From Candidatus Kapaibacterium sp. (GTDB lineage: Bacteria; Bacteroidota; Ignavibacteria; Kapaibacteriales; UBA2268), in the NCBI GenBank assembly GCA_963665665.1, contig OY762428.1:4000001-4064000 (forward strand): a stretch of 64,000 nucleotides of DNA, in the 5' to 3' direction. Both the position numbers and the translations under genes were made by a program. Shown in pieces: positions 28,845 to 38,275 of the stretch. The notes under the pieces were generated by a model. The model ran no database searches, was not told the DNA's origin, and saw only the letters and a program-made list of their open reading frames with translations. Position 1 is the first letter of the stretch. Every line of letters starts with the position of its first letter.

Positions 28845-28964
28845 AAAATTTGCGATATTGGGAATTGAATGCTCGCGGGGGAGTATTCCGGCAATGGCAG
28901 AGCGAAGGGTAGGAAAAATTTAATCAAAGCGGCAGTCAAAACTGACTGGTGTTTTTCGTGGTTT
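28845..28964 (+). repeat. 120-bp direct repeat, copy 1 (promoter -10 plus structured leader)
   Basis: 116/120 identical to 30000-30119; TTGCCT-N17-GATATT promoter overlaps its 5' end. Confidence 0.9.
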
Positions 28965-28985
28965 GATATTTATGAAAGGGTTATT

Positions 28986-29675
28986 ATGAGATTTTTAATA
29001 CTTTTTGTTGTAGCTGTTTTGTCAATTTCTTTTCAGTCTTGTGGGATATCCGGAAATATGACAAGGTCATCAGATATGATACAATTTCAGGGTCGAACTG
29101 CTGTACTAATTGGTGATTACGACCTGGGCAATCTGCCTGATGTTAAGAATGATATTAGAGAATTAAATAGAATTTTACTTAATGCTCTTAAGAGAAATGG
29201 TGTTAATGTAAAAATTACTGATATTAATTCAATTGGCGTATATGATCGTTCTAAGTTGAAGGAAATATGTGAACTCCTTAATATTGACCTTTTGATATTA
29301 CCGTCTTACAATGTTTATGATTCATGGCGGGAATATGTAATCGTTTCAACAAAAAAAGAAGCTGTTAATCTGGAACTGCTTTTTTATGATAATAAGACAG
29401 AAAAGATTGAAGGGCGTATCTTTTGTACCGGAGAATATTTCAGATCCCAGAGGCAAATATTTCTTCTTGGAGGATTAACTACATTTGCAGTTGCAAGCCA
29501 AAAGGATGATGATAAAGAAAAAATTTTAACTTATGGTCTTATCGGATCTGCTGTGATTGAATTTATTAATCATATAGTTACCAGCAGCCCGGATTATCAA
29601 AATACTTTCGAATTTACAATTAACAGGGCAATTGACCATGCTTTTAGAACTGTCCGTTTAAAGGTGGATTATTGA
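28986..29675 (+). CDS. Putative lipoprotein
   Basis: MRFLILFVVAVLSISFQS-C lipobox; the track start at 28869 lies inside the repeat. Confidence 0.75.
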   Translation: MRFLILFVVAVLSISFQSCGISGNMTRSSDMIQFQGRTAVLIGDYDLGNLPDVKNDIRELNRILLNALKRNGVNVKITDINSIGVYDRSKLKEICELLNIDLLILPSYNVYDSWREYVIVSTKKEAVNLELLFYDNKTEKIEGRIFCTGEYFRSQRQIFLLGGLTTFAVASQKDDDKEKILTYGLIGSAVIEFINHIVTSSPDYQNTFEFTINRAIDHAFRTVRLKVDY

Positions 29676-29676
29676 T

Positions 29677-29982
29677 ATGAAAACCAATCACTTAATAATT
29701 ATCAAAATCCTTCTTGCAATCTTATTTCTGATATGTCTGCTTAACATGCCTTATGGCTATTTCCAATTAGTCAGGTATCTGGGTATGGTTGGTTTCGGGA
29801 TTTTAGCCTATAAGCAATATCAGAAGAACCTGGGATGGTTTATAATGTGGCTGGCATCAGCAATCCTGATTAATCCAATAATTAAAATCTCTCTTGGAAG
29901 ATTGATTTGGAATATTGTTGATGTTATTTGGGCCGTAATTCTGTTACTTTCAATATTTCTTGAGAAATATGATACTGATTAA
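29677..29982 (+). CDS. Small membrane protein, DUF6804-like
   Basis: MPYGYFQLVR, AILINPIIKISLGR, WNIVDV. Confidence 0.8.
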   Translation: MKTNHLIIIKILLAILFLICLLNMPYGYFQLVRYLGMVGFGILAYKQYQKNLGWFIMWLASAILINPIIKISLGRLIWNIVDVIWAVILLLSIFLEKYDTD

Positions 29983-29999
29983 CCCTTGACTCTCTCATC

Positions 30000-30119
30000 A
30001 AAATTTGCGATATTGGGAATTGAATGCTCGCGGGGGAGTATTCCGGCAATGGCAGAGCGAAGGGTAGAAAAAATTTAATCAAAGCGGCAGTCTAAGTTGA
30101 CTGGTGTTTTTCGTGGTTT
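30000..30119 (+). repeat. 120-bp direct repeat, copy 2 (leader of the hsd operon)
   Basis: TTGACT-N17-GATATT promoter at 29986-30014, then the shared leader. Confidence 0.9.
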
Positions 30120-30163
30120 ATTTTTTTGTAATTTGGGAAATTATTGAATTTTAAACAGGACAA

Positions 30164-31624
30164 ATGATGTTTGAGCAGACTTTTAAAAATATTGACGATA
30201 TATTATATAAGGACAGCGGCGCAGATAGCGAACTGGATTATATAGGCCAGACTTCCTGGATACTTTTCCTGAAATACCTTGATAACCTGGAAAAGGATAA
30301 ATCCGACAAAGCTGAACTTCGTGGCGAAGATTACAACTATATTCTTGCCGATGAATTTCGCTGGCCAGCATGGGCCATGCCGAAAGATAAGGACGGCAAA
30401 AAGGATCATAATAAAGCCCTGACAGGCCCCGACCTGGTGCAGTTTGTTGATGGGAAGCTCTTTCCATACCTGGCAGGATTTAAGCAGCAGCACAATGATA
30501 AACCGCAAACCATTGAATATAAGATCGGTGAAATATTTTCCGAGTTGAAGAACAAAATCCAGAGCGGCTATAACCTTCGGGAAATTATTGAATATATCGA
30601 TCCTCTGGAATTCCGCACGCAAAAGGATAAACACGAGCTGAGCCACCTGTACGAAAGTAAAATTAAGAACATGGGTAATGCCGGGCGTAACGGCGGGCAA
30701 TACTACACCCCAAGACCGCTTATCCGCGCAATGATTAAGATCATCAAACCGCAGATTGGCGAAAAAGTTTATGACGCTGCCGCAGGCTCCTGCGGATTTC
30801 TTTGCGAAGCTCATGATTATATCTACGGCAGTATGAAGAAAAATACTGCCAACCTGAATACATTGCAGTCCGATACTTTTTACGGCAAGGAGAAAAAGAA
30901 CCTTGCCTACGTTATTGGCATAATGAATATGATACTGCACGGAATTGAAGCTCCCAACCTGATCCATACCAATACGCTGGGCGAGGACATAAGAGGAATC
31001 CAGGAGAAAGACCGCTATCATGTTATATTGGCAAACCCGCCATTTGGTGGCAAGGAAAGAAAGGAAGTTCAGCAGAATTTCGATATTAAAACAGGCGAAA
31101 CTGCTTTTCTATTCCTTCAGCATTTTATTAAAAGCCTTAAGGCCGGGGGCCGCGCCGCTATAGTAATAAAGAACACATTCCTGAGCAACACGGACAATGC
31201 CTCGATCAGTTTGCGTAAACACCTGCTGGAAAGCTGCAACCTGCATACAATCCTTGATATGCCGCAGGGAACATTCCTCGGGGCCGGAGTGAAAACCGTT
31301 GTGCTTTTCTTCCGCAAGGGCGAGCCTACGAAAAGCACATGGTATTACCAGCTTGATCCCGGCCGCAGCCTTGGTAAAACAAATCCGCTTAATGACGCAG
31401 ACCTGGAGGAATTTGTTGAATTGCAGGAGAAAAAGCCGGAAACGGAAAAAAGCTGGAACCTGAAATTTACTGATGTAAACCCGGATACTTTTGACCTTTC
31501 CGTGAAGAACCCGAACACACCCGAGGAAGCCCCGCTGCGAAGCCCTGCCGAAATACTGAAGGAAATGGAAGAGCTTGACGCGGAAACAAAAGCCGTGCTA
31601 TCATCGATCAGGGAGCTGGTATGA
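30164..31624 (+). CDS. hsdM: Type I R-M methyltransferase subunit M
   Basis: GQYYTPRPLI, YDAAAGSCGFL, ANPPFGG. Confidence 0.95.
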   Translation: MMFEQTFKNIDDILYKDSGADSELDYIGQTSWILFLKYLDNLEKDKSDKAELRGEDYNYILADEFRWPAWAMPKDKDGKKDHNKALTGPDLVQFVDGKLFPYLAGFKQQHNDKPQTIEYKIGEIFSELKNKIQSGYNLREIIEYIDPLEFRTQKDKHELSHLYESKIKNMGNAGRNGGQYYTPRPLIRAMIKIIKPQIGEKVYDAAAGSCGFLCEAHDYIYGSMKKNTANLNTLQSDTFYGKEKKNLAYVIGIMNMILHGIEAPNLIHTNTLGEDIRGIQEKDRYHVILANPPFGGKERKEVQQNFDIKTGETAFLFLQHFIKSLKAGGRAAIVIKNTFLSNTDNASISLRKHLLESCNLHTILDMPQGTFLGAGVKTVVLFFRKGEPTKSTWYYQLDPGRSLGKTNPLNDADLEEFVELQEKKPETEKSWNLKFTDVNPDTFDLSVKNPNTPEEAPLRSPAEILKEMEELDAETKAVLSSIRELV

Positions 31625-31661
31625 ACGAAAGAATTAAAGAAAACCTGAAAAAGATAAAAAT

Positions 31662-32777
31662 ATGAAAATTGATTTTAATGAACTGGTAGGGAACATACTT
31701 AGTACTGATTCCGGTTTTCGCAACCATGCTGTCAAATCTGTTGATAAATTGATGACATTACGGAACTGGCTTATTGGCGCTTATATTTTTGAATATGAAC
31801 AGAACGGCGCTGATAAGGCTGAATACGGAAGCAAACTGGAAGAGAATATTGCCGTGAAAATAGACCGGAAAGGGCTTTCTGCAAGAAACTTAAAGCTATT
31901 CAAACAGTTCTATATTACTTATCCACAGATTATGCAGACAGTGTCTGCGTTATCTGAAATCAGCCCGGAAACGGTGCAGACAGTGTCTGCATTATTGCCC
32001 CGAAGAGATCAGGAAGAAATAAAATACCCTGTTTTACCGGATATTCTGATTGAAAATCTTTCATTTTCTCATTTTGTAGAGCTTCTGAAGATAAATGATA
32101 AAAATAAGAGGCTTTTCTACGAAATTCAGGCAATAAAAGGCGCATGGAGTGTAAGAGAACTAAAAAATCAGATCAACAAACTATGTTATGAGCGTACTGC
32201 AAATGCACAAAACACTGATTTTGTTTTGAATTCATTAGTTGAAAAAACTGAAACGCAAAAGCCTAAAGCCATTATTAAAACTCCCTACGTGTTTGATTTT
32301 TTAGAAATTCCTGACGGGATACTTGCATCGGAATCTGAATTGGAAAAAGCGCTGATCAGCGATCTGAAAAACTTTATGATAGAATTGGGGCACGGTTTCT
32401 GTTTCGAAGCGCAGCAAAAACGTATTGTTATTGGCGGAGAATACTATTTTATTGATCTCGTGTTTTATCATAGAATTCTGAAATGCCATATCCTGATCGA
32501 GCTGAAAATAGATGAGTTCAAACATACTTATGCAGGGCAGCTCAACACATATTTGCAATATTATAAACAGAACTTAAAAGAAGAGAATGACAACCCGCCT
32601 ATCGGGATACTGCTTTGTACAAATCAAAATTCCGAACTGGTGGAATATGCATTAGGCGGAATGGACAATAATTTATTTGTCTCTCAATATCAAACAAAAT
32701 TGCCTTCGGAAAAGCAGTTGCAGAAATTTTTACTTGATAAGAAGAAAGATATTGAGGCTTTGGGATATGGCGAATGA
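31662..32777 (+). CDS. YhcG/DUF1016 PD-(D/E)XK nuclease domain protein
   Basis: NWLIGAYIFEYEQNG, LSFSHFVELL, WSVREL, DLVFYHRILKCHILIELK, GQLNTY, PPIGILLC. Confidence 0.93.
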   Translation: MKIDFNELVGNILSTDSGFRNHAVKSVDKLMTLRNWLIGAYIFEYEQNGADKAEYGSKLEENIAVKIDRKGLSARNLKLFKQFYITYPQIMQTVSALSEISPETVQTVSALLPRRDQEEIKYPVLPDILIENLSFSHFVELLKINDKNKRLFYEIQAIKGAWSVRELKNQINKLCYERTANAQNTDFVLNSLVEKTETQKPKAIIKTPYVFDFLEIPDGILASESELEKALISDLKNFMIELGHGFCFEAQQKRIVIGGEYYFIDLVFYHRILKCHILIELKIDEFKHTYAGQLNTYLQYYKQNLKEENDNPPIGILLCTNQNSELVEYALGGMDNNLFVSQYQTKLPSEKQLQKFLLDKKKDIEALGYGE

Positions 32778-32857
32778 GTGGGAATAATATAAATTTTCGA
32801 AAATAACTGAACTATTCTGAACGAAAGAATTAATGAGAATCTGAAGAAGATAAAATA

Positions 32858-33190
32858 ATGAGCTTTAAAGATAAAATAAACCAGCCTGAGTTAAGGCCCG
32901 AGTCAGGGTCTGAGTCAAGGCAAGAGTTGGAGCAAGAGTCTATATATGATGCAGTTATACTCAATCTATTTGGCACTCAACTTTCAAAGGGAAAATTAGC
33001 AAAAGCCCTGGGGCAGAAAAGCGTTTCCGGCGGATTGAAAAAAGTTATCAGCAAGCTGATGGAAGAAGAATTGATAGAATGGACTATTCCCGAAAAACCG
33101 AACAGCTCCAAACAAAAATACAGGCTTACAGCAAAGGGAAAAGGTTATTATAAGACTAAATTTGGAAATGATGTTGGGATTGTGAAATGA
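32858..33190 (+). CDS. Stand-alone winged-HTH resembling the C-terminus of Fic/ATP-binding regulators (possible remnant)
   Basis: LIEWTIPEKPNSSKQKYRLTAKG. Confidence 0.6.
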   Translation: MSFKDKINQPELRPESGSESRQELEQESIYDAVILNLFGTQLSKGKLAKALGQKSVSGGLKKVISKLMEEELIEWTIPEKPNSSKQKYRLTAKGKGYYKTKFGNDVGIVK

Positions 33191-34470
33191 GGGAAAATAT
33201 GAATAATAAAACAATAGATACGGATAAGCCCCGGCAAAAAAGCCCAAAAAACGGGCTGCCGGAGGGTTGGGAAATGAAGGAGCTGGGGGAAGTGTGTGAG
33301 ATTACTCATGGTTTTGCTTTTTCTGGAAAAGATTTTGAAGCAGATTATTATGGAGAAAAACCAATTGTTTTAACACCAGGTAATTTTACTGAAAATTCGA
33401 CTTTAATATTTAATGAAAAAAATACTAAAAGATGTAGGTGTGATTATCCTAAAAAATTTGAATTTAATATTGGCGATCTTGTGGTAGTTATGACCGACTT
33501 GTCATCAAAAATGAAAATACTTGGTAAACCTTCAATAATTGAGTATGAGAATATTCTACATAATCAACGGATAGGTAGATTTATTTTTTCAGAAAATTTA
33601 ATTGAAAAAAGATTTTTATACTTTTTCCTTCAAACAGATTCTTATCTAAAGATGATTAAGAAATCTGCAACAGGGACAATGGTTAGACATACTGCACCAA
33701 AAAGAATTTTAGCAATCCCTATCCCCATCCCTCCCCTTTTGGAGCAGAAGCGGATAGTGGGCATACTTGACCAAGCCTTTGCCGCCATAGACAAGGCCGA
33801 GGCCAATGCCGAACAAAACCTCAAAAACGCCAAAGAACTTTTTGAAAGCTATTTGCAGGGAATTGTTTCAAATGGAAACAAATGGGAAAAGAAAACATTA
33901 GCACAAATTTCTACAACATTTGGACGGGGAAAATCAAAACATCGTCCAAGGAATTGGGAAGGCCTTTATGGGGGTAAATATCCATTTATTCAAACAGGCG
34001 ACATCAGAAATTGCAACCATTTTATAACGGAATATTCACAAACTTATAATGAAGTTGGATTTGCCCAAAGTAAACTTTGGCCAGCAGGAACAATCTGTAT
34101 TACAATTGCTGCAAATATTGCAGAAACAGGTATTTTAACTTTTGATTCGTGCTTTCCTGATAGTGTAATTGGAATTGTTGTTAATAAAAAGTTAGCCGAC
34201 AGAGATTTTGTCGAATATTTATTGCAATCATTTAAAGTCAGAATTCAATCGCTTGGAAAAGGCAGTGCACAAGCAAATATCAATATGGGAACTTTTGAAA
34301 ATGAATTATTCCCATTTCCCCCGGTTAAGGAACAAAAGTTAATTGTTGAAAGATTAAATCAACTTGCCATTGAATGCAATAAGCTTGAAGATATTTATAT
34401 TAAAAAATCAAATAACCTAGAAGAACTGAAAAAAAGTATATTGCAAAAAGCATTTGCAGGGGGGCTGTAG
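33187..34470 (+). CDS. hsdS: Type I R-M specificity subunit S
   Basis: LPEGWEMKELGEV, IPIPPLLEQKRIV, PPVKEQKLIV, LKKSILQKAFAG; two TRDs. Confidence 0.95.
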   Translation: MRENMNNKTIDTDKPRQKSPKNGLPEGWEMKELGEVCEITHGFAFSGKDFEADYYGEKPIVLTPGNFTENSTLIFNEKNTKRCRCDYPKKFEFNIGDLVVVMTDLSSKMKILGKPSIIEYENILHNQRIGRFIFSENLIEKRFLYFFLQTDSYLKMIKKSATGTMVRHTAPKRILAIPIPIPPLLEQKRIVGILDQAFAAIDKAEANAEQNLKNAKELFESYLQGIVSNGNKWEKKTLAQISTTFGRGKSKHRPRNWEGLYGGKYPFIQTGDIRNCNHFITEYSQTYNEVGFAQSKLWPAGTICITIAANIAETGILTFDSCFPDSVIGIVVNKKLADRDFVEYLLQSFKVRIQSLGKGSAQANINMGTFENELFPFPPVKEQKLIVERLNQLAIECNKLEDIYIKKSNNLEELKKSILQKAFAGGL

Positions 34471-34474
34471 TAAG

Positions 34475-35380
34475 ATGAGTAAAGACACTTTGAATTGTAA
34501 AAAAACAAAAATTGTAAGAGGACAAAAAGAAGAATGGGGTGGCCCCTGGACCGAAAGAAAACTGGAAGCTTTTTCAAAATACGTGTGGTCTTACCTTACC
34601 ATAATGAAAAAAAATGACTACTGGCAAACTATCTATTTTGATGGCTTTGCAGGTAGCGGAACCCGAGAGAAAACAAATAAGACTGAATTGTATCAGCAAT
34701 TATCTATAACAGAAGAGGAAGAAAAGACATACAAAGGGGCGGCTGAAAGAGTTCTGGGAATCAAGGATTTATATTTTGATTACTATTATTTTATTGACAA
34801 AAAGGAAGAATCTTTAAATAAATTAAAAGCGAAGTTAGAACCAAAATTTGCTGATAAAAATATTGTTTATAAACACGGGGATGCAAACGAACATATTATT
34901 AATTTGGCAAAATCCTTGAAAACAAAACAATATGCAGCATTAACCTTTCTTGATCCTTTCGGTATGCAGATTGATTGGAACTCAATTGCGAAGCTTAAAG
35001 AAACTCGTTCTGATGTTTGGATATTAGTTCCAACAGGGGTCATAGTAAATCGTTTACTTGATAAAAAAGGAAAACTGATCTTTAGTGAAAAATTAGAATC
35101 ATTTTTTGGTTTATCTGTTGAGGAAATAAGAACTTTTTTTTACAAGGAGGAAAAAAATCTGACCTTATTTGGTGAAGAAAGTGTGATAACAAAAGTCTCT
35201 GAACCAATAGAGAAAATTGCAAAATTATATTGTCAAAGAATGAAAACTATTTGGAAATATGTAACAGAAGAACCCCTTGTATTAAAGAACAGAAATAACT
35301 CCCCAATTTTTCATTTTATTTTTGCTTCTAATAATCCGAATGCCAAAAAGATTGCAAAAGAAATTATTCAAAGGGTATAA
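34475..35380 (+). CDS. tcmP: Three-Cys-motif partner protein TcmP (methyltransferase-like fold)
   Basis: WGGPWTERKL, YFDGFAGSG, GDANE, FLDPFG; adjacent to DUF5131. Confidence 0.88.
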   Translation: MSKDTLNCKKTKIVRGQKEEWGGPWTERKLEAFSKYVWSYLTIMKKNDYWQTIYFDGFAGSGTREKTNKTELYQQLSITEEEEKTYKGAAERVLGIKDLYFDYYYFIDKKEESLNKLKAKLEPKFADKNIVYKHGDANEHIINLAKSLKTKQYAALTFLDPFGMQIDWNSIAKLKETRSDVWILVPTGVIVNRLLDKKGKLIFSEKLESFFGLSVEEIRTFFYKEEKNLTLFGEESVITKVSEPIEKIAKLYCQRMKTIWKYVTEEPLVLKNRNNSPIFHFIFASNNPNAKKIAKEIIQRV

Positions 35381-35383
35381 AAA

Positions 35384-36136
35384 ATGGCAACTAAAATAGA
35401 ATGGACAGAACAGACATGGAATCCTTCAGCGGGTTGCACAAAAAAAAGCGCAGGCTGCAAAAACTGTTATGCAGAAACAATGGCCCACAGGCTTATGCAC
35501 ATGGGTATAAGCGGATACGAGAACGGTTTTAAGTTCAACATTGTTCCTAAACGGTTAAACGATCCTTTGAAAAGAAAGAAGCCCACGATATTTTTTGTAA
35601 ATTCTATGAGCGATATTTTCCACGAAGAGATGCCCGGAGAATATCTTGATAAAATTTTTGAGGTAATTGAACAAACTCCCTGGCATACATATCAAATCCT
35701 GACAAAAAGGGCTGAAAGAATGTATGAATACTTATCAGGAAGGCATATTCCGGAAAATATCTGGCTCGGAGTAACCGTTGAGAACAGGAAAGAAGGCCTG
35801 CCGAGAATAGATAAACTAAGACAATTAAAAGCGAGCGTGTTATTTCTTTCGATAGAACCTTTACTCGAGGATTTGGGGACAATTGATCTTACAAATATTG
35901 ATTGGGTAATTGTCGGTGGAGAAAGTGGCCCAAAGGCAAGGCCAATGGAAAAAAAATGGGTGTTGAATATAAAAACACAATGTGAAAATAAAGACATTGC
36001 TTTCTTCTTTAAACAATGGGGTACATGGGGAGCCGATAAAGTAAAAAGAAATAAAAAATTGAATGGCAAAGAAATTGATGGACGTATTTGGCAGCAATAT
36101 CCCGGAGTTATTGAGCAACGATATATTTTTACATGA
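35384..36136 (+). CDS. DUF5131 / phage Gp37-Gp68 family protein (three-Cys, radical-SAM-like)
   Basis: TWNPSAGCTKKSAGCKNCYAE, VNSMSDIFH, QILTKR, WVIVGGESG, FFFKQWG. Confidence 0.93.
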   Translation: MATKIEWTEQTWNPSAGCTKKSAGCKNCYAETMAHRLMHMGISGYENGFKFNIVPKRLNDPLKRKKPTIFFVNSMSDIFHEEMPGEYLDKIFEVIEQTPWHTYQILTKRAERMYEYLSGRHIPENIWLGVTVENRKEGLPRIDKLRQLKASVLFLSIEPLLEDLGTIDLTNIDWVIVGGESGPKARPMEKKWVLNIKTQCENKDIAFFFKQWGTWGADKVKRNKKLNGKEIDGRIWQQYPGVIEQRYIFT

Positions 36137-36267
36137 TCATTTTTCTTGTTTCTGTTTTGATTGATGTCTGAACCTTGATTATAACTATTCCAGGATTACT
36201 TGATTAAAATAGAAAGGGACAAAATCATGGTTCAAGACAAGAAGTATTTTGAAAGACAGGTGTAATT

Positions 36268-36786
36268 ATGGGAATAATGGAAAAAGGTTTTTCTTTTCGG
36301 CATAATGCCTCATTTGGCAAGAGGATAGAGTATTATATCATCGGCCTGATGCTGAAAGAGGGATTGGACGTTTATGTTCCCCTTGTTGATGACGACGCAA
36401 TAGACGCAGTGGTTAAAAAGCCGGATGGCAATTATGTAGAGATACAGATCAAAGCAAGGTCAAAGGATGTGATATTCGGCGATGCTGCCCTTTTTGCCGC
36501 ACTGACTCACGAGTACAGGCCGAATTACTGGTTCGTGTTCTATTCAGTGCGTATGGATAAAACCTGGATAATGTCTTCAAAAGAATTTATTGAAGAATCC
36601 GTGCAGAACAAAAAGGGAAAGAACAAAGGCAAAAGGTCAATATGGTTCAACGGAAAGAACAGCAAAGATCAGACTGAGCACGTAAAGCCCCAGTTCGAAA
36701 AATATCTTGTGAATGATTTTTCAAGAATTATAAACGATAATCCGGATGAGGGTTTTCCACTGTTTAAACAAGAGGAGAAGATATGA
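36268..36786 (+). CDS. Small PD-(D/E)XK-fold endonuclease
   Basis: GKRIE...VYVPLVDDDAIDAVV...EIQIKARS. Confidence 0.75.
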   Translation: MGIMEKGFSFRHNASFGKRIEYYIIGLMLKEGLDVYVPLVDDDAIDAVVKKPDGNYVEIQIKARSKDVIFGDAALFAALTHEYRPNYWFVFYSVRMDKTWIMSSKEFIEESVQNKKGKNKGKRSIWFNGKNSKDQTEHVKPQFEKYLVNDFSRIINDNPDEGFPLFKQEEKI

Positions 36787-38275
36787 CAAATCAAACTGAA
36801 TTTTTACAAACTGATACCGAAAACAAACCTATGTCGGCCAGTGTAACTCTGAAAAATCCGAAAGTAATTATTCCTGCCGATAATCCATTTGCTAACTGCA
36901 AGCTTGGCCGAGAAGCATACGCAGAAGTTCTGACAAATATAGTTGAGAACTATGCTGAAGGCTTTGTTCTTGCCCTTAACAGTGAATGGGGAAGCGGGAA
37001 GACAACATTTGTGGAAATGTGGCAAAAACATCTTGAGTTACAAGATTTCAAAACAATATATTTCAATGCCTGGGAAAACGATCTTGAAAGTGATCCGCTT
37101 ATTGCACTTATATCAGAAATGAAAAGTATTGCTGGTGATTCAAACAATGATAAATTTAAAAAGGTCATTAAAAACGCTGCTCCTCTTACGAAAACTGTAA
37201 TTAAAGGTTTAGCTAAAGGAGTTATTGAACGTTATGCAGGAGATGGTTTCGTTGGTGACCTTGCGATGGCAGCAACCGATCAGTCAATAAAGATATTTGA
37301 AAAAAAAGTAGAATTATATACAAAGCAAAAAAAGGGAATCAAGGAATTTCATGATAGTCTGGTAGATTTTGTAAAAAGTGAAAATGCTGAAAACAAACCG
37401 ATTGTTTTCTTTATTGATGAAATGGACAGATGCCGCCCGGACTATGCCGTTGAATTGCTTGAAAAGATAAAGCACCTTTTCGATATACCGGGTATAGTTT
37501 TTGTCCTTTCAATCGATAAGGAACAATTGAAACATGCTATTTGCGGGGTTTACGGCAGCGGTGAAATAAATTCCGAGGAGTATCTTCGCAGATTTATTGA
37601 TGTTGAATATTCACTGCCGGAACCGGATAAGGAGAAATATATTGATTTTCTTTTTGAATTTTATAGATTTGAAGAATTAGTACGCCCATTTATTCATTTC
37701 CAGGCGGATGATAGAGAAATTATCAATTTGAAAAAGACTGCAAGTATTTTATTTTCAAAGGAAAATGTGATCCTTAGGCAACAGGAAAAAATTATAGCAA
37801 GAACAAGACTGATTATCAATTCATATAACAGAAAAGAACGCATTTTTCCGGAATTTCTATTATTTATGATATATATAAAAACATTTCAACCTGAACTTTA
37901 TATATCCATAAAATTTAAAATATTACCTCGTAGAGAAGTACAAACAAAAATTGACGACCTTTTATCAGAATTTTTGTCATTAGATAGTCAAATAACACTT
38001 TTAAATATTGAAGCACAATCTTATTTTTCTATGGCAAGAATTTTCAAGAGAGAGATAGTATTTATTTATGGTTTAAAAAAGAAGAAAAGATATTGAATTT
38101 TGAATCAAATTTGGAAATCAGTACATTAAACAATTATGTAGGATATGAAAAATCGACAGAATTAATTAGAAGACGGTTATTTGATCTGCATAATACCTAT
38201 GATACTATTCCGATAAATGTTGATTATTACATAAATAAAATCGAATTGTACGAAAAATTGGAAATCGCCAAATGA
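36783..38275 (+). CDS. KAP family P-loop NTPase, apparently frameshifted near 38019 (track ORFs 36783..38096 and 38093..38275)
   Basis: EWGSGKTTF, FFIDEMDRCRPDYAVELLEKIKHLF, YLRRFID; the alternate frame continues to a TGA that overlaps the hsdR ATG. Confidence 0.85.

Noticed and set aside
28869-28985. N-terminal extension of the lipoprotein ORF
   Set aside because: It lies in the duplicated non-coding leader; the signal peptide starts at 28986.
22500-30120. Canonical integron cassette array
   Set aside because: No complete attC palindromes were found after the genes, and the integrase is a tRNA-targeting phage type rather than IntI.
30203-31021. Long antisense ORFs (also 39487..40167, 41887..42495, 43413..44075, 11984..12571)
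   Set aside because: They are shadows of well-supported genes on the opposite strand and have no motifs.
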